From assembly GCA_964543655.1 (NCBI GenBank), contig CAZIZE010000101.1, forward strand, positions 1 to 23,654: a stretch of 23,654 nt of DNA, in the 5' to 3' direction. The translations under genes were made by a program, and so were the position numbers. The notes beneath the pieces were generated by a model, which was given only the letters and a program-made list of their open reading frames with translations, was not told the DNA's origin and ran no database searches. Origin of the DNA: an uncultured bacterium. GTDB taxonomy: Bacteria > DYJV01. Below are positions 8,024-16,284 of this stretch, one piece after another. The stretch's first letter is position 1; every line of letters begins with the position of its first letter.

Positions 8024-9442
8024 ATGAAAATTAGATTTACAGTTTTAGCAACATTTCTTGCGTTTTTTCTCTTTATTAATCCTGTGGCAAAGAGTTTTGC
8101 CAGCACACTTGAGCAGGATATGAACAAAGCTATTTATTCTGCTGTTGGAGAGGCAGTTGCTCAGGTAATTGAGGAAAAATCTGGTGTTCCTGCTTCATCT
8201 ACAGGGAGTATTGTTGGATATTTTTCAGCAGGTGATTTTAAGGATGGTTTTCTTGAAATTTTAAAACTTGCCTCAGATACTGCAATATCTGCAATACCAG
8301 TGGTGGGACCAATTAAATTTGTGGCTTCACTTGAAACAAGCCTGATAAAAGTATGGAAGAGCTGGCTTGATTGGACCCAGATTTCTGTTCTGTGGAATAA
8401 ATTTAAAACCTTATCTGATACAGAGAAGGAGATGTGGCTCAGTGGAAAAGAAGAGATTGCTGTCCTTGACTATTCTTCACAGGCAGCTTATCTTGAAAGA
8501 AATGGTTATAATGTAAAAGAGCTTTTCAGAAAATATTATGAATCAGAAAAAAGCTCTAAAAAAATTCTTGAAGCTGTGCAGAAAATCACTGAAATTCTTA
8601 AAGATGCCAAATATTTAATTGAGCCAACTTTGTATTATCCTTATAAAAGTGGTGAGAAGGTTAAGTTAAATACAGCTATTAAAATATGGAGAAGTTATAA
8701 CAACTATTTTAAAATAGATATTTTTCTCCCTGATGGCAAATCAAGCTCTATTATAAAGAAATTTTCAGATTCAGAAAACACTTTTTCTTTTAAATTAACT
8801 GAATTTCAAGGTATTGATTGGAACAGTTATTTTGAAAAATATCCTGAAGGAGTAAATGTAAATTTTACAATTTATGCTGCTATATGGGATAATACTGGAC
8901 TTATTGAGCAGTTTATGGGTAGTGATTTTGTTACACCAAAAGAAAAAATTTTAAGAAATATTCCAGGTCAAAAAAAACAGTTAGTTACTTTAAAATTTAA
9001 CCTTGTTGTAGTTTCAGATAATCAGAAAAAATCTTTTCAAATTAGTGCAGGTGGTGATTTATATTTTAAATATAAATTAGTTGTTGTTGGTGTTAATGAG
9101 CAATCAGGAAGTGATTCTATTTATTTCACTGATACTTTTAAAATAACATGCAGTCAGGATGGCTCAAGTTTCGCAGTTGATAGTGATGGTATTAAGTGGA
9201 ATACAACTTGCTATTTTGATGATGATTCAAATGTGAGTAAAATAGCTCTCTCAGCCACTTATGGCCCATTAACTGCTTACATTGATTTTAACATTAATGG
9301 TTCATCCTGTAGCAGTTCTCTGTATACAACTGGGGTTTATAAATCTCCACCAGAAAATATAGCTGGTGAAGATGGCACAACATATACATATTATGGAGAA
9401 TTTTACGATTTTAAATCAACACCTTCCTGTTCAATAAATTAA
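8024..9442 (+). CDS. Hypothetical exported protein (472 aa), no recognisable family
   Basis: Long ORF. SD AGGAGG (8014-8019) before ATG8024. Sec signal peptide MKIRFTVLATFLAFFLFINPVAKSFA. Four Cys in the C-terminal region. Confidence 0.85.
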   Translation: MKIRFTVLATFLAFFLFINPVAKSFASTLEQDMNKAIYSAVGEAVAQVIEEKSGVPASSTGSIVGYFSAGDFKDGFLEILKLASDTAISAIPVVGPIKFVASLETSLIKVWKSWLDWTQISVLWNKFKTLSDTEKEMWLSGKEEIAVLDYSSQAAYLERNGYNVKELFRKYYESEKSSKKILEAVQKITEILKDAKYLIEPTLYYPYKSGEKVKLNTAIKIWRSYNNYFKIDIFLPDGKSSSIIKKFSDSENTFSFKLTEFQGIDWNSYFEKYPEGVNVNFTIYAAIWDNTGLIEQFMGSDFVTPKEKILRNIPGQKKQLVTLKFNLVVVSDNQKKSFQISAGGDLYFKYKLVVVGVNEQSGSDSIYFTDTFKITCSQDGSSFAVDSDGIKWNTTCYFDDDSNVSKIALSATYGPLTAYIDFNINGSSCSSSLYTTGVYKSPPENIAGEDGTTYTYYGEFYDFKSTPSCSIN

Positions 9443-9450
9443 TTATAATC

Positions 9451-9478
9451 AGGTGCTTCTTTTGAAGCACCTTTTTTT
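9451..9478 (+). terminator. Intrinsic terminator
   Basis: AGGTGCTTC-TTTT-GAAGCACCT followed by a T-tract. Confidence 0.88.
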
Positions 9479-9489
9479 AAGAGGTATCT

Positions 9490-10542
9490 ATGTTAATAGT
9501 TATTGCTGGTGCTGGAGTTGTTGGTAGCTGGATAGCCTATGAGCTTTCATCTGCAAATCATGAAATCTTTCTAATTGATAAGGAGCCTGCCATCTGGTAC
9601 CATACAAGCACGAGAAACAGTGGTGTTATTCATGCAGGTATCTACTATCCATACCATTCATTAAAAAGGATTTTTTGCATACAAGGAGCAGCTTTATCAT
9701 ATGAGTTTTTTAAAAAGTATAATGTTGAACATAGAATTTCTGGTAAAATTATAGTTGCAACAAGGGATGAAGATTGTGAAGAATTAAAAAAATTAAAGAA
9801 AAATGGTGATACTAATGGAGTTAAGGGTCTTAAATTAATTAACTCTTCTGAGATTAAAAAATTAGAACCTTTTTCAAAAGCAAAATTTGCACTATACTCT
9901 CCAAATACAGGAGTTGTTAATTGCTCAGATTATTTTAGAAAAATGGAAGCTCTTCTTCAGGAAAGAAAGGTCAATATTATAACAAATTGTTGCATTGAAA
10001 ATATTAAAAATAACAAGATAATTACAAATAGGGGAGAACTTGAATTTGATTTTTTTATTAATGCAGCAGGCCTTTATTCAGATAAAATAGCTAATATGTG
10101 TGGTATTGAAGGATTTGAAATAGTTCCTTACAAAGGTGAATATTACTCTCTAAATGATGAAAAAGTTAATAGCATGATTTATCCTGTTCCTGGAGGAGAA
10201 GGGCATCTTGGAATTCACCTTACAAAAGCTGCATACAATGAAATATGGATTGGGCCAACCTCTTCTAAAGAGGAAAATAAGGAATCTTATGATGTTACAG
10301 AAAAAGAGGATATTTTTATAAAAGCATGTGAAGAATTGTTAATAGATTTTAACTATAAAAAAATTTCTCCAGGTTTTGCTGGATTGAGACCAAAATGTTT
10401 CCACAATCATCAGCTTTTACATGATTTTCTCATTTTTAGAAAAGCTAACAAGATTCACCTTCTTGGAATAGATTCACCTGGACTTACTGCTGCACCTGCT
10501 ATAGGAAAATTTGTAAAAAATTTAATTATTACAGAAGAATAG
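9490..10542 (+). CDS. FAD-dependent oxidoreductase, L-2-hydroxyglutarate oxidase (LhgO)-like / DAO family
   Basis: GAGVVG dinucleotide motif, HTSTRNSGVIHAGIYY, INAAGLYSD, PYKGEYY, LGIHLT, AGLRPK, SPGLTAAPAIG. Confidence 0.85.
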   Translation: MLIVIAGAGVVGSWIAYELSSANHEIFLIDKEPAIWYHTSTRNSGVIHAGIYYPYHSLKRIFCIQGAALSYEFFKKYNVEHRISGKIIVATRDEDCEELKKLKKNGDTNGVKGLKLINSSEIKKLEPFSKAKFALYSPNTGVVNCSDYFRKMEALLQERKVNIITNCCIENIKNNKIITNRGELEFDFFINAAGLYSDKIANMCGIEGFEIVPYKGEYYSLNDEKVNSMIYPVPGGEGHLGIHLTKAAYNEIWIGPTSSKEENKESYDVTEKEDIFIKACEELLIDFNYKKISPGFAGLRPKCFHNHQLLHDFLIFRKANKIHLLGIDSPGLTAAPAIGKFVKNLIITEE

Positions 10543-10569
10543 ATAAAAAAATTAAATATTGGATTAGGT

Positions 10570-12024
10570 TTGAATTCTACCTATCTAAAACAATTAGAAA
10601 AATTAAAAAAAACAGAAATTCCCCTTATTTTAAAAAATTTTAAAAAAAATTTTAAAGTTCTTTTAGTCTATCCCAATTCTTACTATATTGGAATGTCTAA
10701 TCTTGGTTTTCAAACTATTTACAAAGTTTTAAATTCCCATTCAGAAATTTCTTGTGAAAGAGCCTTTTTACCTGAGTTTAAAGTAAAGCCTGTTTCTTTT
10801 GAAACCAACACATTTCCTGAATTTTTTGACATTATAATATTTTCAATTAGTTTTGAAATTGATTTTTTCAATGTTTTAACCTTCCTAAAACTTTCAGGTT
10901 TTCCATTGTATAAAGATGAGAGAAAAAACCTCCCTGTAATTGCAGCAGGTGGCATTGCTGTTACTTTGAATTATAAACCGCTAAGCAAATTTTTAGATTA
11001 TTTTCTAATTGGAGAAGGAGAAGAGCTAATTGTTAAATTTGTTGAGCAAATTATTACAGGAGGCAATCCATTAAATATTGATGGAGTAATTGGTGAAGAA
11101 AAAGAGGAAAGTAAAAGAATTTGCTCAGATAAAATTGCTCATTCTATTTTTTCTACAAAATTTACGGAGTTTTCAGACACTTTTTTAATTGAAATTGCAA
11201 GGGGTTGTAAATATAGCTGCAATTTCTGTGCAGCATCTTATAATTATTCACCATATAGAATTCATAGGTTTAATGAGCTTAAAGATGTTATGAATAAATA
11301 TTTAAAATTCTTTAACAAAGCTGGCATTGTTGGTTCCACAGTTACTTCACATCCTGATTTTATTAAAATTTGCTCATATTTAAATAATAGAAATATCCCA
11401 TTCTCTGTTACTTCATTGAGGCTTGATTCAGTTAGTTTTGAAATTTTAGATTCATTAATTGCAGGAAAAAACAGGACTTTTACAGTTGCAGTAGAAGCTG
11501 CAACAGATAGTTTAAGAAGCAAAATTAATAAAAAGCTAACAACAGAGCAGATTTTTGAAGCAATTTCTATGTTTATAGAAAAGAAAATTATAAATTTGAA
11601 ATTTTACTTTATAATAGGGCTTCCTTTTGAATCATTTGATGATGTAAAAGAAATTGTTGCTTTTATGGAAAAGGTAAGAAACTGCTACTTAAATAAAAAA
11701 TATTTTTTAAAACATCTTGGTAGATTCATTATTAGCATTAATCCATTTATTCCTAAGGCAAACACTCCTTTTTATGAATATCCAATGGAATCAGAGTTTA
11801 TATTACTTAAAAAGCTCAAGTTTTTGAAAAATAATTTAAAAAAAATCCCTAATATTCAGGTAAAATTTGAAAATATATACTCTGCATATACACAGGGACT
11901 ATTTTCCAAAGGAGATGAAAATATAGATAGATTAATATATCTCTCTGTAGATAAAAAATTAAAGTTTAAACCTTTTTTTTCAAAAAATATAGAAGTATTT
12001 AAATTTTATAAAGTAATTCAGTAA
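10570..12024 (+). CDS. Radical SAM protein with N-terminal B12-binding-like domain
   Basis: YPNSYYIGMSNLG N-terminal motif, GEGEE, EIARGCKYSCNFC (CxxxCxxC), YFIIGLP.E, FIPKANTPF. TTG start. Confidence 0.88.
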   Translation: MNSTYLKQLEKLKKTEIPLILKNFKKNFKVLLVYPNSYYIGMSNLGFQTIYKVLNSHSEISCERAFLPEFKVKPVSFETNTFPEFFDIIIFSISFEIDFFNVLTFLKLSGFPLYKDERKNLPVIAAGGIAVTLNYKPLSKFLDYFLIGEGEELIVKFVEQIITGGNPLNIDGVIGEEKEESKRICSDKIAHSIFSTKFTEFSDTFLIEIARGCKYSCNFCAASYNYSPYRIHRFNELKDVMNKYLKFFNKAGIVGSTVTSHPDFIKICSYLNNRNIPFSVTSLRLDSVSFEILDSLIAGKNRTFTVAVEAATDSLRSKINKKLTTEQIFEAISMFIEKKIINLKFYFIIGLPFESFDDVKEIVAFMEKVRNCYLNKKYFLKHLGRFIISINPFIPKANTPFYEYPMESEFILLKKLKFLKNNLKKIPNIQVKFENIYSAYTQGLFSKGDENIDRLIYLSVDKKLKFKPFFSKNIEVFKFYKVIQ

Positions 12025-12551
12025 ATAGCATCATCAATGGCTTCATTTGCAAGATTATCAGCTAATTTATTTTTCTCTCGTTTTATATGATTAATATTAT
12101 ACTCTTTATTCTCAAGAAGTTTAATTACTTCATTGTAAAGTGGTTTTAATTTTTCATTTCTAACTTTATACTCCCCATTTAATTGCTTTACCATTAATTC
12201 TGAGTCTGAAAAAATTGAAACAGAAGCATTTTCTGGTATATTTTTTAGAGCAATTATCAAAGCATAATATTCTGCTTCATTGTTGGTTTTTTTCCCAAGA
12301 AATTTTTTTCCCTTTTTAACTATATCACCATTTTCATTATATATAATAAACCCTGCACCTGCATTACCCGGATTCCCTCTTGAAGCACCATCTGTGTAAA
12401 TATAAAATTTTTTCTCTTCTTTTAAAAGGTTTTGCAGAAAAGTTTTAATAATATCTCTGTTAGCTTCTGGATAAATTTTAAAAAATTGGGATTTTTCAAG
12501 ATTATCAATGGTATATTTCAAAAAAAGTTGAATATCTCTACTTTTCATCAT
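12018..12551 (-). CDS. rnhA: Ribonuclease HI family protein with N-terminal extension
   Basis: YTDGASRGNPG, TNNEAEY, SDSELMVKQ, REKNKLADNLAN (D-E-D-D catalytic set). Confidence 0.9.
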   Translation of the reverse strand: MMKSRDIQLFLKYTIDNLEKSQFFKIYPEANRDIIKTFLQNLLKEEKKFYIYTDGASRGNPGNAGAGFIIYNENGDIVKKGKKFLGKKTNNEAEYYALIIALKNIPENASVSIFSDSELMVKQLNGEYKVRNEKLKPLYNEVIKLLENKEYNINHIKREKNKLADNLANEAIDDAIY

Positions 12552-13248
12552 TCCAGATTAATATCCTTTGACATGATGGGCATTGAACAACTTTATTTTT
12601 CTTTCTAACTTCAATTACAAGCTGGGGTGGCAGATTCATAAAGCATGCAGAGCAAGTATTGGAATTAATTTTAACAATAGCAACTCCCTGTCTCCTTGAT
12701 CTTATAAGGTCATATTGGCTTAACAACTGATTGTCTATTTTATCTGTAAGTTTATTTCTCAACTCTGTTTGTTTGGAAATAATATTTTTTATGTCATGCT
12801 CTCTTTTTTCAGAGTTTTTAAGAAAATCCTCATACTCTTTTTTAAAGTTTAAGTAATCTTGCTCAGCATCTTTAAAAAGTTTTTCCTGCTCTTCTATCTG
12901 CTCCATGCATTTTACAATTTCATCCTCTGTTTCCTTTATCTCTTTTTTGGCATTGGCAATCTCTTTCTGAGTTTCATTAAATTCCTGGTAAGTTTTTAAT
13001 GCGTAAAGTTTTTCCTCTTTCCTTACAATCATCTGTTTTTGTTCTTCAACAAATTGCTCTTTCTCTTCCTTCATCTGTTTTAAATTTTCAAGAGATTCTT
13101 TGATATTGTTGTACTTCTCTTCTTTGGTTTTAAAAATATCCTCCTGTTTTTTAATCTCCTCTGGGATTTGCGACAACTCCTGTTCTGAGTCGTAAATAAT
13201 CTTATCAATTTTTTGCAACTCATAAAGATTGGAAAATTCTTTCTCCAT
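12538..13248 (-). CDS. Coiled-coil protein with C4-type zinc ribbon (DUF164 / CT398 / HP0958-like)
   Basis: LQKID N-terminus, long Glu/Lys-rich coiled coil, CSAC...CPSCQRIL. SD AAGGAG. Confidence 0.92.
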   Translation of the reverse strand: MEKEFSNLYELQKIDKIIYDSEQELSQIPEEIKKQEDIFKTKEEKYNNIKESLENLKQMKEEKEQFVEEQKQMIVRKEEKLYALKTYQEFNETQKEIANAKKEIKETEDEIVKCMEQIEEQEKLFKDAEQDYLNFKKEYEDFLKNSEKREHDIKNIISKQTELRNKLTDKIDNQLLSQYDLIRSRRQGVAIVKINSNTCSACFMNLPPQLVIEVRKKNKVVQCPSCQRILIWNDEK

Positions 13249-13261
13249 TCAATGCTCCTTT

Positions 13262-14359
13262 CTAAAAATATTTAAAAACATCTTTTTGATTGTAAATTTC
13301 TACATTTAAATTCAAATTTAACAAATAATCTCTCATTAATTCAGTAAAAATAAATTCAGAGCCAAAATGCCCCATATCTATAACTAAAAGGTTCATTTCA
13401 GCAGAATCAAGTGCTTCATGATATTTAACATCTCCTGTAATGTAAACATCAGCACCTGAGCTAATAACATTTTTTATTAAACTCATGCCACTTCCTGGGC
13501 AAACAGCAACTTTTTTAATTTTCATCCCTTCTCTAAAACCAGAAACTTTTATAGTGGAGATATTGAAAATCTTTTTTAAGAGCTGTATAAAATTTTTAGA
13601 ATCAATCTCTTTATCTAAATAGCCAACTCTGCCAAGAGCACCTGTAAATTTGCCTTTTTGATTCAGAGGATATATGTCAATAACAGGCTCCTCATAGGGA
13701 TGATTAGATTTTATAACATTTATAACTTTGTATAATGCTGAGTTGCTCTCTTGTATTTCTATTCTAAACTCTTTTACATTATTTAACTTGTTCTTCTCAC
13801 CAGAGAAAGGTTTGGCATTGTCCACTGGTAGAAAAGTGCCTGTGCCTGATGTATGGAAACTGCATACTCTATATTTACCAATGACACTAAAATTGTTCTC
13901 TTTTATTAATTGTAAAAATATGTCAAGAAATTCTTCTGGAATAAAAGTAACAACTTTGTATAATTTTTCATAAGAGGTTGTTGCAAGTGGCTCTGTGTTC
14001 ATTAGCCCTATTTTTTTGCAAAAGTAATCAACAAGGCCATTAATAGATTTATCAATGTTTGTATGAAATGAAAAAATATTGATATTATGCTTTACAGCTT
14101 TTATTATAATGTTATCTTTTTTATTTTTGTAATTTAAAGATTTTAACCCTGAAAAAATTAATGGATGGTGTGAAATAATAAGATTAGCATTTTTCTCTTT
14201 TGCAAAATCAATAACATCACCAGTAATATCAAGGGTTAGAATGATTTTCCTGATTTCAGAGTTATCTATTAAAAGCTGAATTCCTGAATTATCCCACGAC
14301 TCCTGAAGAGATAACTTGCTAAAATTATTTAATTTTTCAAATAAATTTTCAATTTTCAT
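13262..14359 (-). CDS. Nif3-like dinuclear metal-centre hexameric protein (YqfO type with PII-like insert)
   Basis: ESWDNSGIQL, ISHHPLIF, HTNID, HPYEEP, AVCPGSG, ITGDVKYH, DMGHFGSE. Confidence 0.93.
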   Translation of the reverse strand: MKIENLFEKLNNFSKLSLQESWDNSGIQLLIDNSEIRKIILTLDITGDVIDFAKEKNANLIISHHPLIFSGLKSLNYKNKKDNIIIKAVKHNINIFSFHTNIDKSINGLVDYFCKKIGLMNTEPLATTSYEKLYKVVTFIPEEFLDIFLQLIKENNFSVIGKYRVCSFHTSGTGTFLPVDNAKPFSGEKNKLNNVKEFRIEIQESNSALYKVINVIKSNHPYEEPVIDIYPLNQKGKFTGALGRVGYLDKEIDSKNFIQLLKKIFNISTIKVSGFREGMKIKKVAVCPGSGMSLIKNVISSGADVYITGDVKYHEALDSAEMNLLVIDMGHFGSEFIFTELMRDYLLNLNLNVEIYNQKDVFKYF

Positions 14360-14377
14360 TATAATTTGTCATAACAT

Positions 14378-14405
14378 AAAAAAAGCACCTCTCTTTGAGA
14401 GGTGC
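14378..14405 (-). terminator. Intrinsic terminator between tRNA and nif3
   Basis: GCACCTCTC-AAA-GAGAGGTGC followed by T7 on the minus strand. Confidence 0.8.
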
Positions 14406-14463
14406 AAAAATTAAAAACTTTTTTGGGGAAATGTTATATATCTTCTTCATAACAAATTTAAAA

Positions 14464-14536
14464 TGGGCCCACCAGGATTTGAACCTGGGACCTACCGGTT
14501 ATGAGCCGGTGGCTCTGCCAACTGAGCTATAGGCCC
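14464..14536 (-). tRNA. tRNA-Ile2 (anticodon CAU, lysidine-modified); CCA not encoded
   Basis: GGGCCTATAGCTCAGTTGGCAGAGCCACCGGCT-CAT-AACCGGTAGGTCCCAGGTTCAAATCCTGGTGGGCCCA folds as a cloverleaf. G1-C72 is paired, so not an initiator. Acceptor stem and CGGCTCATAACCG arm match the Ile2 type rather than elongator Met. Confidence 0.9.
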
Positions 14537-14553
14537 ATATTTTTGAGGCTGTA

Positions 14554-14582
14554 TTAGTAAAGAATAATTTTGATTTTGTCAA
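14554..14582 (-). promoter_or_regulatory. Putative sigma70 promoter of the tRNA
   Basis: TTGACA (14582-14577), 17 bp spacer, TACTAA (14559-14554). Confidence 0.5.
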
Positions 14583-14592
14583 GTAAAATTTT

Positions 14593-15477
14593 CTAAATCT
14601 CACTAAAAATCTCTCTTACTTTTTTCCTATCTTTTGTCCAGTTTTTTATTACTTTTACAAATAGTTCAAGATAAACCTTTTTATTGAGAAACCTCTCTAT
14701 TTCCTCTCTTGCAAAGGTGCCAATTTTCTTAATCATTTGACCTTTTTTCCCAATAATAATTGCTTTTTGAGAATCTCTTTCAACTATAATTGTAGCACCT
14801 ATTTTTGTAATATTCTCCTCTTCATTAAAATAATCAATCTTAACTCCAATAGAGTAGGGTACTTCTTGATGGGTGAGGAGAAAGGTTTTTTCCCTGATAA
14901 TCTCTGCTACTATGAATCGCTCATTCTCAGTTGAAATAATATCATCAGGGTAATATTTGGGACCTTCTGGCAGATATTTCAAAATAATATCTACAATTTT
15001 ATCACAGTTCTCACCTTTTGTAAGTGATAATGGTAAAATCTCTTTAAACAGATTGGTTTCATTGTATTTTTCAATCATTGGAAGCAACTGCTCCCTTTTT
15101 ATTAAATCCACTTTGTTAATTAATAAGATATTGGTGTATCCTTCAAGTAATTTTAAGTACTCAGAATCTTTTTCAAAGTTATTCTTGGATGTGTCTGTAA
15201 TAAAGATTATCAGGTCATTATCAGTAACTGCTGAAAGAGCTTGCTCCATCATAAGAGTGTTAATCTCTTTTTTTCCTTTATGTAATCCCGGAGTATCAAG
15301 AAGTATTATTTGAGCACGGTCAAATGTTAATATTGCGCTAATTTTATGCCTTGTTGTTTGTGGCTTTTCTGTAACAATAGAAATTTTTTGTCCTACAAGA
15401 TAATTAACAAGTGTGGATTTCCCAACATTTGGTCTTCCGAGAATTGCTACAAATCCTGATTTAAATTGCTCTGTCAT
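14593..15477 (-). CDS. era: GTPase Era (294 aa)
   Basis: GRPNVGKST, KPQTTR, DTPG, NKVD, KH domain IIIGKKG, VYLELFVKV. Start at MTEQFKSG, just after the cobM stop. Confidence 0.96.
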   Translation of the reverse strand: MTEQFKSGFVAILGRPNVGKSTLVNYLVGQKISIVTEKPQTTRHKISAILTFDRAQIILLDTPGLHKGKKEINTLMMEQALSAVTDNDLIIFITDTSKNNFEKDSEYLKLLEGYTNILLINKVDLIKREQLLPMIEKYNETNLFKEILPLSLTKGENCDKIVDIILKYLPEGPKYYPDDIISTENERFIVAEIIREKTFLLTHQEVPYSIGVKIDYFNEEENITKIGATIIVERDSQKAIIIGKKGQMIKKIGTFAREEIERFLNKKVYLELFVKVIKNWTKDRKKVREIFSEI

Positions 15478-15478
15478 T

Positions 15479-16270
15479 TTAAATGCAACTATCCTTTCCT
15501 TTTCTAAACTCTGTTGAAAAATATTTATCATAAAGCTTTGATTTTTTTAACGTACTAATATCTCTATATTTTCTGCTAAAAACCTCACCTACTAAAATAA
15601 GTGTAGTTTTTTTTATCCCCTTTTCTTTAACCAATTTATCCATATCTTTTATGCTGGTAAAATGAATCTCCTCATCTTTCCATGAAACTCGCCTGGCTAT
15701 TACAACAGGTGTTTCTTCACTATATGCACCTTTTAATAATTCAGCTTTTACTTCATCTATTAAACTTACACTTAAAAAAATAATTAAAGTAGCACCTATC
15801 TTTGCAATATTCCTTAATTTCTCTCTCTCAGGTACAGGGGTTTTCCCTTCCATTCTTGTGAAAATAACAGTCTGAGAAACTTCTGGTAGAGTAAACTCTG
15901 TTTTGATTGAAGCAGCTGCTGCAAAAGCTGAAGAAACACCAGGAATTATCTCATATTCAACACCTGCTTCTTCAAGTAATACAATCTGCTCTAAAATTGC
16001 ACCATATATTGAAGGATCTCCTGTGTGTATTCTTGCAACTATTTTACGCTTTCTAACATTTTCAAGAATAACTCTATTGGTTTCATCAAGAGTCATAGTA
16101 GCACTGTTATAAATCTTAACAGAGCTATTTTTTGAATAGTCAAGAATTTCTTTATTAACAAGGGAGCCAGCATATATAATAACATCAGCTTTTTCAATTA
16201 TTTTAATGGCTTTTAATGTAATCAGCTCTTTATCACCTGGTCCTGCACCAATAAAAAAAACTTTGCTCAT
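15479..16270 (-). CDS. cobM: Precorrin-4 C11-methyltransferase (CobM/CbiF)
   Basis: FIGAGPGDKELIT, IYAGSLVN, RIHTGDPSIYGAILEQ, PGVSS, EFTLPEVSQTVI, SKLYD..FS..FR. Confidence 0.93.
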   Translation of the reverse strand: MSKVFFIGAGPGDKELITLKAIKIIEKADVIIYAGSLVNKEILDYSKNSSVKIYNSATMTLDETNRVILENVRKRKIVARIHTGDPSIYGAILEQIVLLEEAGVEYEIIPGVSSAFAAAASIKTEFTLPEVSQTVIFTRMEGKTPVPEREKLRNIAKIGATLIIFLSVSLIDEVKAELLKGAYSEETPVVIARRVSWKDEEIHFTSIKDMDKLVKEKGIKKTTLILVGEVFSRKYRDISTLKKSKLYDKYFSTEFRKGKDSCI

Positions 16271-16284
16271 AAATTCTCCTGCAA

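Noticed and set aside
14464..14536. tRNA as an integration site, or as tRNA-Met/fMet
   Set aside because: No repeat of its 3' end and no integrase nearby; a paired 1-72 and no triple G-C anticodon stem exclude fMet
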